From Gemmatimonadales bacterium (GTDB lineage Bacteria > Gemmatimonadota > Gemmatimonadetes > Gemmatimonadales > Gemmatimonadaceae), in NCBI GenBank assembly GCA_038254845.1, contig JBBSFT010000002.1, positions 5,059 to 69,058 on the forward strand: DNA of 64,000 bases, read 5' to 3'. Numbering within the stretch: position 1 is the first letter of the stretch; each line of letters opens with the position of its first letter. Both the position numbers and the translations under genes were made by a program. Positions 9,766-19,161 of the stretch are shown here, piece after piece. Under the pieces are notes generated by a model. The model searched no databases and had not been told where the DNA came from. It saw nothing but the letters and a program-made list of their open reading frames with translations.

Positions 9766-11160
9766 TCAACCGCCTTCTGCCGAATCGGGAAGCACCGGCG
9801 GCCAGATGCCTTGAAGCGCCCTCGGTGTCCACTCGATACGCGACACAAACTTCATCATCGCGAACGCAAATCCGATGATAATCAGCGAATACAGCACTCC
9901 CGCAGAATCGCCGCGGTTGAAATCGAGCGCGAGGGCGAAACACAGGAAATAGAGCATGGGACGATGCCGGGCGTGTTTGACCAGGAACACCGTCGCAAGT
10001 GAGATGAGCGAGAGCACGATGACCGGCCCGACGAGACTGAAGTTGAGGAAAGCCTCGGTAATCGGCGTGTACGCGTATCCGGGAACGATGACGTCGCCAA
10101 ACTTGTCGCGGTTGAACTGCGAGCTCAGCCCAATGGGTTTTTCGACCCAGAGCGCTCGCGGAATGAACGCGGCGGGCGCGGCCAGATAGGTCATGCCGAG
10201 CGCGAATGGTTTCGGCTCAGTGAGGTAATAGGTCGCCGTCTGAATTGGCATGACGAACTCATTCTGGTCAGCGAGAAGAATCAACGGCTCGCTCGTGTTC
10301 ACTGTCCACGGCGCCGCTCGTACCTGTCGAATCACGCCGAGCGCGAGAAACATCAGGAAGGCGGCGAACGCCAATGTCATCGTGCGGATACCGATGACCG
10401 ACCTGCGGCGTGACGCAATCATCCCCGCGAGAAAGAGGAACATCGCAAGGAAATCTCGGCGGTTGCCAAGGCCAAGGTGGAAGATCACGAACGCCGCAAT
10501 GGTCCACGCAACGAGGCGACGTGCATTGACGCTCATCCGCGGCCAGCCGGCGAACATGTACATCGCGAAGCCGTTCATGAGAAGCATCGATACAACCCAG
10601 ACCTGGGTGTACAGCCAGCCCATCTGAGTGCGGTCGAGAGTTAAGAACTGTCGGGTTCCCTTCAGCCACGCATACGCGACGACTCCCGCAAACCCGGCGA
10701 CGACAACGGCAGCGTTCGCAAACGTTGGACGGACGAATGCGAGGGCGCTGGCGGGCACATCCTGCCACGCCTGCTTGTACCACCACTGCACCGCATTGAA
10801 TCCGACAAAGGCCGTTCCATACAGTGTTGCAGCTTCCGCAAGACCCTGAACATCGAGCGATCGAATTGCGGTGATCGCCGGCAGCGTGAACCCGTAGAGA
10901 AAGAGAAACACAACCATCGGCATCCGGATGTCCTGAAACACCCACGCTCCGTTGTATAAACGAAGCAGCGCGAGCGAAAGGGCAAACTGTCCGCCGACAA
11001 AATAGACTGACGCAAGCAGGCCCTCGCCGGCAACCGCGTAGACGACGGCCGCCAGCTGACTGCACAGCGTGATGCCAAGCAGAATGCCGACGGAGGTCGG
11101 GAACTGGAGCAGAGCCCCGCCAGACCGCACAAAATCGGTTCTCACTGCTGATGCGGACAT
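9766..11160 (-). CDS. wzy: O-antigen/polysaccharide polymerase Wzy-like membrane protein
   Basis: About 11-12 hydrophobic segments, GNRR loop, large periplasmic loop with FIPRALWVEKP, then YTPITEAFLNF and NRGD. Confidence 0.75.
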   Translation of the reverse strand: MSASAVRTDFVRSGGALLQFPTSVGILLGITLCSQLAAVVYAVAGEGLLASVYFVGGQFALSLALLRLYNGAWVFQDIRMPMVVFLFLYGFTLPAITAIRSLDVQGLAEAATLYGTAFVGFNAVQWWYKQAWQDVPASALAFVRPTFANAAVVVAGFAGVVAYAWLKGTRQFLTLDRTQMGWLYTQVWVVSMLLMNGFAMYMFAGWPRMSVNARRLVAWTIAAFVIFHLGLGNRRDFLAMFLFLAGMIASRRRSVIGIRTMTLAFAAFLMFLALGVIRQVRAAPWTVNTSEPLILLADQNEFVMPIQTATYYLTEPKPFALGMTYLAAPAAFIPRALWVEKPIGLSSQFNRDKFGDVIVPGYAYTPITEAFLNFSLVGPVIVLSLISLATVFLVKHARHRPMLYFLCFALALDFNRGDSAGVLYSLIIIGFAFAMMKFVSRIEWTPRALQGIWPPVLPDSAEGG

Positions 11161-12131
11161 CAGACCCGGGCCTCGGCGTCGATCGGCGGACTGGCGGCGC
11201 GCGCGCGGTCGGCGCTGTCACGCCGTGTCGCGGCAAGCGCACGATAGCCGCTCCATCCGCCACGCAGAACATTGACCGGAATGAGTGGATCGCGCTTCAC
11301 GATTCCAACTACAGACATGGCCAGCGCGTGAAGTGCGAGCCGGCATGCGTAGCGCGTCCGCCAGAAGGGACGGCCACCGATTGCCTTCCACACAAACAGC
11401 ACCCGCGTGCGTTCGCGTTCGAGAACCTGCGAGCGCAATGGAGGCCTGTTGACGAGACTCGGAAAGTGCTCGACGGTCACCCTATCGGAGGAAATAACTT
11501 TCCATCCCGATCTCATTACGCGATTGGTGACATCGGCATCTTCGTGCCAGAACGCGCCGAGGGCCTCATCGAAGCCGCCAACTCCGAGAATGGCCTCTCG
11601 CCGAAACGACATGTTGCCGCCGCCAAGCCATTCCGCTCGCTGCACGCCCGGCGGATTGAACGCCGGGCCGACGTTGAACCCTCCCCAATCAATCTTGAAG
11701 CGGTTCGATGTGATCCCGAGCAACCGGTACATCGTGTTACGAACCGGATTGTAGTGACCCGGATGGTCGACGAAGCCCCCTGCGCCGCCGATAGCGGGGT
11801 CGTTGTAACACTCGACAACAGCCCGTGCCCACTCCTTCGGCAATCTGACGTCGTCGTCGAGAAACGCGACAATGGCGCCTGTCGATCGCCGGAGGCCTTC
11901 ATTTCGCGCTCCGCCAGTGCCCAGTCCATGACCGAATTCGCCGATAGCGAGATCGAGGTGGCCGGCGAAGCGTTTTTTGATCGCCGCTGCTGCACCAACC
12001 GGGTATGCCTGAAGAACGAGGACAACCTCCAGTGATGGAGGATTGGCCTGTGCCGCGAGGTCGTCGAGACAGCGCTCGAGCTCATCGTGCCGCCTGAAGG
12101 AGGGCACGATGACCGATAGTTGGATGCTCAT
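11160..12131 (-). CDS. GT2 glycosyltransferase
   Basis: SVIVPSFRR, ARNEG, FLDDD, GGNMSFRR, GGFDE, EDAD. Confidence 0.9.
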   Translation of the reverse strand: MSIQLSVIVPSFRRHDELERCLDDLAAQANPPSLEVVLVLQAYPVGAAAAIKKRFAGHLDLAIGEFGHGLGTGGARNEGLRRSTGAIVAFLDDDVRLPKEWARAVVECYNDPAIGGAGGFVDHPGHYNPVRNTMYRLLGITSNRFKIDWGGFNVGPAFNPPGVQRAEWLGGGNMSFRREAILGVGGFDEALGAFWHEDADVTNRVMRSGWKVISSDRVTVEHFPSLVNRPPLRSQVLERERTRVLFVWKAIGGRPFWRTRYACRLALHALAMSVVGIVKRDPLIPVNVLRGGWSGYRALAATRRDSADRARAASPPIDAEARV

Positions 12132-12138
12132 CTGCCAG

Positions 12139-12972
12139 TCATACCCCTTTCATGGCTCGCCAGCGCGTCAACAAGCCATGTTTGCGGAGTTGGCCGCGGA
12201 GGAAGTTTCGGGGGATGTCGTAGCAATATATCTGGCCCATCCCCGACAGGCGAGAAACCCCATGGAACCTCCGCGTGATGACGTCGAGACGTTCAGTCAG
12301 CAGCGTCATGAACTGCGTTTCACTGAGCCCGAACATGCTGACGTCGGAAACAATCTCATCAACAAACTTCGTCTTCACCGGATGCGAGAAACACCGGACG
12401 AAGAAATCGTAGTCGGCGACGATCCGGTATCGAAGGTCGAAAGATCCAACGGTGTCGAAAACCCGGCGGCGGACGAGAGTCGCCGCATGACTGATATTCT
12501 TGCGCGCCAGCTCGTCGAGGGTCACGTCGCCACCGACAACCGCGGACACTGTTCCGTCCGTCAGCACCTGCTTGCCATACACAAAATCTGCCCCCCCGCC
12601 GCGCCGGACGAGCAGCTCCACCGCGTCGGGCGCATGAAGATGGTCGTCAGAGTTCGCGAACATGACGTATGCGTCGGGATCGCTGACCAACCGGACGCCC
12701 TTGTTCATCGCATCATACAACCCGTCGTCGGGCTCACTGATCCAGTAGTCGATCTGCTCCTCAAACCGCCTGACGATGTCAATCGTTCCGTCAGTCGATC
12801 CGCCATCAACGACGATGTACTCGATGTCCGGATAAGTCTGTCCGACAATCGCAGCAATGGTCTGCTCGATTTCCGGAGCACCGTTCCTGACTACCGTGAT
12901 GATCGAGACGAGAGGTTCATCCCGAGTGCCGGACATGACCTCGCCCCGAGTGCGACGACCTCCGTCAACCAT
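12139..12972 (-). CDS. GT2 glycosyltransferase (WcaE-like)
   Basis: SIITVVRN, VVDGGSTDGT, SEPDDGLYDAMNKG, NSDD, ADYD; start could also be the ATG at 12936. Confidence 0.9.
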   Translation of the reverse strand: MVDGGRRTRGEVMSGTRDEPLVSIITVVRNGAPEIEQTIAAIVGQTYPDIEYIVVDGGSTDGTIDIVRRFEEQIDYWISEPDDGLYDAMNKGVRLVSDPDAYVMFANSDDHLHAPDAVELLVRRGGGADFVYGKQVLTDGTVSAVVGGDVTLDELARKNISHAATLVRRRVFDTVGSFDLRYRIVADYDFFVRCFSHPVKTKFVDEIVSDVSMFGLSETQFMTLLTERLDVITRRFHGVSRLSGMGQIYCYDIPRNFLRGQLRKHGLLTRWRAMKGV

Positions 12973-13954
12973 CCATCAACCAGTCGTTGCGCAACGCAAA
13001 CTGACGCCACCGCGCGGAATGAAACAGCCGAAAATCGTACACGACCCGGTTCCGAAGATAGAAAAGGCGCGCAAGGTTCAACCGCCACGCGGTGTTACCG
13101 CGTGATGCGCGAAGTCCGGTTACCACCGTGTTCGGCAGGATCATCGCGACATTTCTCACCATCGCGAGGAACAGCCCTGCCTTGCCCGGTTTGTCGCGGC
13201 GATAAACAGTATAGCTGTCACAAAACCCCTGGTCGGCGAAGCGGCTGTTGATATAACGCTGGCTCATTCGCCCTTCCGGAATCACATGCCTGATCACGGA
13301 CTCGCCAACGTACGCGAAGCTGTAGCCAAGCTCACGGATCTTGATGTTGAGACCAGTCTCATTGTCTCCGACAAAATCGCCCGCATTGGTGTCGGGATTG
13401 AATCCGCCGGCGCGAAAGAACGCTTCCCGCGTCACCGCCTGATGACAGCTGAAAACCCCGGGATCGGCATCCGACACGATTGTCGCCGAACCGAGATCAT
13501 TGAGACTCAGCAATTCGTTGCGGCAGTGCATGAGGATCCACCCCGGCGGCTCGGTCTGCCAATCGGGAATGATTCGTCCTGTCGCCGAGCCGACGTTCGC
13601 ACCGAGCGAGAACGCGCCGACGAGCTTCTCGAGCAGGCTCTCGTCGGCGAGCATGTCGTCATCAGTGAAGTAGAGAATCTCGCCGCTCGCCCCCCGGGCG
13701 CCGGTGTTGCGCGCGAAGTGAGCGCCCTTGCGCGCTTCGCTCACCGCAATCACCTGCGACGACCTCACCACGAGATTGGCGATGACCTCCGGCGTGTCGT
13801 CAGTCGAGGCGTTGTCCACGATTACGATCTCGAACCGATCGCGATCGTACGACTGACGGAGAAAGCTGTCCACAGTTTCGGCCAGCATTCTCGACCTGTT
13901 GTGCGTCGGGATGATGACCGAGACGAACGGTGACGTGCCCCGCTCTTCATGCAC
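12965..13954 (-). CDS. GT2 glycosyltransferase
   Basis: SVIIPTHNR, VDNASTDDT, ARNTG, FTDDD; GTG start at 13954 overlaps the FkbM stop. Confidence 0.88.
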   Translation of the reverse strand: MHEERGTSPFVSVIIPTHNRSRMLAETVDSFLRQSYDRDRFEIVIVDNASTDDTPEVIANLVVRSSQVIAVSEARKGAHFARNTGARGASGEILYFTDDDMLADESLLEKLVGAFSLGANVGSATGRIIPDWQTEPPGWILMHCRNELLSLNDLGSATIVSDADPGVFSCHQAVTREAFFRAGGFNPDTNAGDFVGDNETGLNIKIRELGYSFAYVGESVIRHVIPEGRMSQRYINSRFADQGFCDSYTVYRRDKPGKAGLFLAMVRNVAMILPNTVVTGLRASRGNTAWRLNLARLFYLRNRVVYDFRLFHSARWRQFALRNDWLMDG

Positions 13955-14684
13955 CGCGAAGCGCCCCGGGACGATAAAAGATTCCGTCAACCTGAAGCAG
14001 CTGGCCCGTATCAGGATCGGCAAACGCCGGCTCGAGTGACATCAGCTGAAATCCCCGCTCATCGAGCTCGTGAATCATGTCCGCAAACAGCACTTCGCCC
14101 GAATAGAGAGGAACGAGCGAGAGCTCCATTTGCACTCCAGCCGCTCGTCGGAACGTTTCCTCGCCGCCTTTCACCACTTCCGACTCGAAGCCCTGCGTGT
14201 CGCTCTTCACGTACAGGACATCTGTCGCTCCGACAATCCCGGGTGTCACGGTGTCGAGCCGCGCAACCGTGATCTTCAGCTGACCGGTATACGAGGAATA
14301 CGGTGCGCTCTCCAGGTGGCGCGGCAGCATCGCAAGCAGCGAGCTGCTCTGCCCGTTGCTGGCAACATTTATCTCGGATGTCCCATCGATACCGCCAATC
14401 GCGCAATGCTGCGTCGTCCATCGAGCATCCCCGCGTGACGCATTCTCGAGCTCGGCATACGCTGACGTGAGCGGCTCAAACGACACGATCCGGCCGGCGT
14501 ACCCAAGCTCCCGCAGCTCCTTACCGAAGCCACCAACGTTTGCGCCGATGTCGAAGACGACGTTGATACCCGCTGCGTCGAGCAGGCGCATCCGGCGCGC
14601 AACGGGATGAGTCGTATGATCGTAGGCAACGACATCTCGTCCCATCTTCTTGAGCAGCTTGCGCACAACCGAGCCGCCGATCAT
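13947..14684 (-). CDS. FkbM-family SAM methyltransferase
   Basis: FDIGANVG, SFEP, KSDTQGFE, ELSLVPLY, QVDGIF. Confidence 0.9.
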   Translation of the reverse strand: MIGGSVVRKLLKKMGRDVVAYDHTTHPVARRMRLLDAAGINVVFDIGANVGGFGKELRELGYAGRIVSFEPLTSAYAELENASRGDARWTTQHCAIGGIDGTSEINVASNGQSSSLLAMLPRHLESAPYSSYTGQLKITVARLDTVTPGIVGATDVLYVKSDTQGFESEVVKGGEETFRRAAGVQMELSLVPLYSGEVLFADMIHELDERGFQLMSLEPAFADPDTGQLLQVDGIFYRPGALRGA

Positions 14685-14726
14685 GCGGCACCGCCCACGA
14701 TCATGGCGCGTCTCGATGTCAACCGC

Positions 14727-15896
14727 TTAGGCAACGAGACTTCTCACAATGCCGCGAAACCGCTCCCGGAACTGCTCCGGCCCCCACGACGCTGCGCGCG
14801 CGCGACCCTTTTCGGCAAGAGTCTGGCAAAGCATGTCGTCGGTCCAGAGCCGCTCCATGCAATCTGCGATTTCGCCAGCGGATTTCGGGTCGAACAGGAG
14901 AGCCGCATCCCCAACCTGCTCCGGCACGCCGTAAACTCCCGCCACCGCTACCGGGCAACCGGCGACAAACGCTTCCAGCTGTGGAATGTTCGTCGGGCCG
15001 AAGAAGCTCGGCATGATCAACGCTCTTGCCCGCCGATACAGTGCTGACATCTCTGCGTCGGGCACATAGCCGAGAAAGATCACGTTGTCGTCGAGGCCAA
15101 GTTCCGTCACCCGATCCCGCGCCTGCTCGTATCCATTGTGCGCCGCGCCAACGAGCACGAGCTTCACGTCCGGATGTGTCACGCGAACCTGATCGAGCGC
15201 GTCGAACAGCGTCAGGTGATTCTTGTGCATCCAGAACTGCGCCGGATAAAACAGGAATTTTTCCGGAACCGTTGCGTCTTCTGCCGCCAACTCGCTTTCC
15301 TGCCCGGCGTAGATATAGCCCGGCGGAACGTACGGCAGCACGAACACCGACGATGGCTCGACGTCATACGCGTCGCACAGTTGCCGCTTGCCAACGTGCG
15401 AATCGACGAGCACACCCTCTGCCCATCGACATGTCTCCCGAAAATGAAATTCGCGCTGGTCGTACTGGCCATTCGCGGAAACCTCGGGGAATTGCGGCTC
15501 GTAGCGATGCATGAGATCATGTACTGTCCCAAGCGCCCGGATCGGCGCACGAAATGTCCACTTCTCGTGAGCCGGGCAGATCCACAGGTCACACTTCTCG
15601 CGGACGAGCGTCCGGACAGTTGCGTTCATCACGAAGGAAACGTGGCGCCACAGACTGTTCGGCAGCCGTGCGATATGCCAGGCGCGATTCACCGCTCTAT
15701 CCCATAGCGAATCGCCGATCGGAAGAACTTTCATCCGATCGTGCGGAACATGGGCGAGCCACGTCGGATCACCGTACGCGCCAACAATCTCGAATTCATT
15801 CGGTGGAAAGCTCAGGAGTGCGTCGAGGATTGCCTGCGTGTATTGAAAAACCCCGGCACCCGGCTCGGAGCCGAGGATGATTCCGATCTTCTTCAT
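14727..15896 (-). CDS. GT4 glycosyltransferase
   Basis: VHDLMHR, YPAQFWMHKNH, PSFFGPTNIPQLEAF; ATG at 15896 overlaps the upstream TGA. Confidence 0.88.
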   Translation of the reverse strand: MKKIGIILGSEPGAGVFQYTQAILDALLSFPPNEFEIVGAYGDPTWLAHVPHDRMKVLPIGDSLWDRAVNRAWHIARLPNSLWRHVSFVMNATVRTLVREKCDLWICPAHEKWTFRAPIRALGTVHDLMHRYEPQFPEVSANGQYDQREFHFRETCRWAEGVLVDSHVGKRQLCDAYDVEPSSVFVLPYVPPGYIYAGQESELAAEDATVPEKFLFYPAQFWMHKNHLTLFDALDQVRVTHPDVKLVLVGAAHNGYEQARDRVTELGLDDNVIFLGYVPDAEMSALYRRARALIMPSFFGPTNIPQLEAFVAGCPVAVAGVYGVPEQVGDAALLFDPKSAGEIADCMERLWTDDMLCQTLAEKGRARAASWGPEQFRERFRGIVRSLVA

Positions 15897-16654
15897 CCGC
15901 GCGCGATGTAGCAGACGTTCCAACTGTCGAAATCGGGCACTTTCTCCGACATCCACTCGAACGATTCGACCAGCTCGAGGTCGTTCGCCGCGAGCATCAT
16001 CTCCACCTCTGGAGTGAATAGGTACCGCATGTCGTGTTGCTCCCGAACAGCGTCGTCGGGTGATGCATCAGAAGCAGTCAGCGTGTAATGCACCTCCACA
16101 ACATTGCGCTGGGCGTCGAGAACCGGTTCCGACAACCGCTCGAGCGAGAGATCGCCGTCGGTGACTTTCTTCGTCACAACCTTCGGCCGATCGGTCAACA
16201 CCGCGGGGCCATACCAGCAGTCGAAGATGAACGCGCCACCGTCCGCGAGATGATTCCGTACCGACGCGAACGCTGACAGGAGATCTCGATTGGATGTCTG
16301 ATAGCTCATCACATGAAAAAGGGAGATGACCGCATCGAACCGGCGATCGAGACTGAATTCGCGCGCGTCGCCAAGGGAAAACGCGAGCCGCTCGGCGGCG
16401 TCCGGGGCCAACCCGTCACGCATTACATGAGCGCGCCCGAGCATCTCGGGACTCACGTCCACGCCATGCACAGCGTAGCCACCATGCACCAGCTCGCGCG
16501 CGTGTGATCCGGTTCCGCAACCGACATCGAGAATCGTCCGCGCGGCGGGCGCATAACGGTTCAGGAGACCGACGACATACTCGGCCTCAGCGGCGTAGCT
16601 CTTGTTCCGGTACAGCATATCGTAGTAGCGCGCGTAGGACGCGAATGCGCTCAC
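15893..16654 (-). CDS. Class I SAM methyltransferase resembling amino-sugar N-methyltransferases (TylM1/DesVI-like)
   Basis: YARYYDMLYRNKSYAAEA, LDVGCGTGSH, GDAREFSLDRRFDAV, FIFDCWY; GTGA-coupled to the aminotransferase. Confidence 0.8.
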   Translation of the reverse strand: MSAFASYARYYDMLYRNKSYAAEAEYVVGLLNRYAPAARTILDVGCGTGSHARELVHGGYAVHGVDVSPEMLGRAHVMRDGLAPDAAERLAFSLGDAREFSLDRRFDAVISLFHVMSYQTSNRDLLSAFASVRNHLADGGAFIFDCWYGPAVLTDRPKVVTKKVTDGDLSLERLSEPVLDAQRNVVEVHYTLTASDASPDDAVREQHDMRYLFTPEVEMMLAANDLELVESFEWMSEKVPDFDSWNVCYIARG

Positions 16655-17757
16655 TTGAACACCGTGCGCACCGCGTCGGCAACGCGGATCATCTGCTCGT
16701 CTGTCAGTGCCAGTCCACTCGGTAGATAGAAACCGCGGCGCGCGATCTTCTCGGCACACGGATATGATTCACCGCCGAACATGCCCATCTCATTGAACAC
16801 CGGCTGCTCGTGCATCGGCCAGAAGAAGGGGCGCGTCCCGATGTTGAGCTTCGACAGACGTGCCATCGCCTCGAGTGCATCGAACGGAACAGCGTCGTCG
16901 ATCACGACGCCGAAGACCCAGTTGATATTGTCGGCGTAGTCGGTGCATGCGACAGGCAGGCGAATCGCGGAAACGTCGCCGAGCAGCTCGGTGTAGCGCG
17001 CAAAGATTCTCCGCTTGCGGATCACGAACTCGTCGAGGCGCTCGAGCTGAGCAACTCCGATCGCGGCCTGCATGTTGGTCATCCGGAAATTCCATCCGAG
17101 CTCATGGTGGACGAACCGGCGCGTGCCGAAGCCAAGGTTGCGAAGCGACCGGCAACGTGCGGCGAGGTCGGCGTCGTCGGTGACGATCATGCCTCCTTCG
17201 CCGGTCGTCACGTGCTTGTTCGGGTAAAAACTGAACGTGGACAGGTCGCCAAACGATCCGCATGGCCGCCCTCGATAGGTCTGGCCGATCATCTCCGCCG
17301 CATCTTCGATAATGGCGAGCGAATGCCGCTCGGCGATGTCGAGCACAGGATCCATATCCACCGGCAGGCCGTAGAGATGGACCACCATGATCGCCTTGGT
17401 TCGGCTCGTGATTCGCGGCTCGATTGCGGCGGTGCTCATGTTCCACGTCGCTGGATCGCAATCCACCAGCACCGGCACGGCGGCGGCACGCGTAATTGCC
17501 GAGGCGCACGAAATGATCGTGAATGTGGGCATGATGACTTCCTCCCCGTCGGCGAGCCTGAGCGCGGCGACGGCGGCATCGAGCGCGGCCGAACCGTTGC
17601 AGACAGCGACTCCGAAACGGCGCCCGACGCGCTCGGCAAACCGCGCCTCGAATTCGGCGATGAACGGGCCTTCCGAGGATATCCAGCCGGTGTCGATACA
17701 CCTGGCGAGATAGCTTTTTTCGTTTCCGTCGAGAACCGGTTCGTTTACCGGAATCAT
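16651..17757 (-). CDS. per: DegT/DnrJ aminotransferase, GDP-perosamine synthase-like
   Basis: MIPVNEP, GWISSEG, VHLYG, EDAAE, SFYPNKHVTTGEGGM, GWNFRMTNMQAA, TRPFF, YLPS; start may be 17775. Confidence 0.8.
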   Translation of the reverse strand: MIPVNEPVLDGNEKSYLARCIDTGWISSEGPFIAEFEARFAERVGRRFGVAVCNGSAALDAAVAALRLADGEEVIMPTFTIISCASAITRAAAVPVLVDCDPATWNMSTAAIEPRITSRTKAIMVVHLYGLPVDMDPVLDIAERHSLAIIEDAAEMIGQTYRGRPCGSFGDLSTFSFYPNKHVTTGEGGMIVTDDADLAARCRSLRNLGFGTRRFVHHELGWNFRMTNMQAAIGVAQLERLDEFVIRKRRIFARYTELLGDVSAIRLPVACTDYADNINWVFGVVIDDAVPFDALEAMARLSKLNIGTRPFFWPMHEQPVFNEMGMFGGESYPCAEKIARRGFYLPSGLALTDEQMIRVADAVRTVFK

Positions 17758-17806
17758 GGTCAGATTTTCGGCCATAGCCTTACAAAGATACATGCCCGGA
17801 GCGCCT

Positions 17807-18586
17807 TCACGCGACGCTTTCGGTACCCCCGCCGAGCTTTCTGCCGGTTCCGTCGAAAAGAGGGTAGCGACGGAGTCCCCAGCGATGGAGGCGGAATTTG
17901 ACCGAAGTGTCGAGAACACCGAGTCCGTAGACCACCGATCGGCCGAAGTTTATCGATGAGGCCTCGGGGAAATATCGCGTTGGGCACGAGATCTCGCCGA
18001 TCGAGAAACCGAACTCCGCTGCCTGGGCGAGGACCTGATTGTCGAATACGAAATCGTCCGAGCACTCCATCAGCGGCAGGGTCTCCAGCACCTTGCGGGT
18101 GAAGGTCCTGTAGCCGGTATGGTATTCGGACAGCTTCATGCCCAGCAGGATATTCTGGAACGCCGTGAGGAAACGATTGGAAACGTATTTATAGAGTGGC
18201 ATGCCTCCCGACCTCGCACCCTTGCCGAGAATGCGGCTACCCAGCACGATGTCGAACTCGCCCGATGCGGCAAGCCACGCCATTGCTCCGATCAATCGGG
18301 GAGAGTACTGATAATCCGGATGGAGCATGACGACGATATCGGCTCCGCGCGCAAGCGCCTCGCGATAACATGTCTTCTGATTTCCGCCATACCCCCGATT
18401 CTCTGAATGTACCACGAACGGAATCCCGAGACGCCTGGCGACTTCGATAGTGTCATCGCCCGACGCATCGTCAACGAGCAGCAGGTCATCAACGATGCCG
18501 GCCGGAATGTCGGAGATTGTCCGCTCGAGTGTCCGGCCCGCATTGTAGGCCGGCAACACAACAATCACTCGCTGGCCGTTGATCAT
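17807..18586 (-). CDS. GT2 polyprenyl-phosphate glycosyltransferase (DPM1-like)
   Basis: [41 protein letters not shown]. Confidence 0.85.
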   Translation of the reverse strand: MINGQRVIVVLPAYNAGRTLERTISDIPAGIVDDLLLVDDASGDDTIEVARRLGIPFVVHSENRGYGGNQKTCYREALARGADIVVMLHPDYQYSPRLIGAMAWLAASGEFDIVLGSRILGKGARSGGMPLYKYVSNRFLTAFQNILLGMKLSEYHTGYRTFTRKVLETLPLMECSDDFVFDNQVLAQAAEFGFSIGEISCPTRYFPEASSINFGRSVVYGLGVLDTSVKFRLHRWGLRRYPLFDGTGRKLGGGTESVA

Positions 18587-18645
18587 GCCGGTATCACGGA
18601 GTCAGTCGGACGCGTCCGAGGTCCGATCACGATGTCCGGGGTCGA

Positions 18646-19077
18646 TCAGTCGGGAAGCGTGATCTTTTCCACCGTCACGCCCACGAACCGGGTCTTGTCG
18701 AGATCACCCGTGTAAGGGCCCTGCTTGACCTCGACCATCTCGACTTCCTCGATGACCTGGAATCCGTGGCCACCGGAAGCGAGCAGGATGACGTCACCGC
18801 CCTGGAGGATGCGGCTCTCGAGATACTGCCGTTGCTGATCGTAGAAGTCGACTCGCAGCTTGCCGCTTTTGACGAAAAGAACTTCCTGCGTATACTGGAC
18901 GCTTCGATCGACCGGGTTGTGAACGTGGGGCTCGATTACCTTTCCGGCCGGATGACGCATGAATGCGAGCTGTTGGGAGAACTCGTCAGGAGTGAAGAAA
19001 TGAATTCCCGTCTCGTGGAAATCGCGCGTCACGATGACAGCGAGCAGCTGGTCGCCGGCACGTACCATGTCTATCAT
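18646..19077 (-). CDS. Cupin-fold protein (WbuC-like sugar isomerase)
   Basis: PHVHN...TQEVL, GGHGF, EVKQGPY cupin motifs; next to the perosamine genes. Confidence 0.75.
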   Translation of the reverse strand: MIDMVRAGDQLLAVIVTRDFHETGIHFFTPDEFSQQLAFMRHPAGKVIEPHVHNPVDRSVQYTQEVLFVKSGKLRVDFYDQQRQYLESRILQGGDVILLASGGHGFQVIEEVEMVEVKQGPYTGDLDKTRFVGVTVEKITLPD

Positions 19078-19161
19078 GGCCTACAATATACAACGCGGAA
19101 CTCTCGGGTCGCGCCGTGATCGGCAGCTGACGTCTCCCCATCGGCGACGCGCCGGTTCAGC

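Noticed and set aside
12591-12597. C7/G7 tracts as phase-variation sites (also 34520-34526)
   Set aside because: Short, in frame and encoding Gly runs; unremarkable at this GC content
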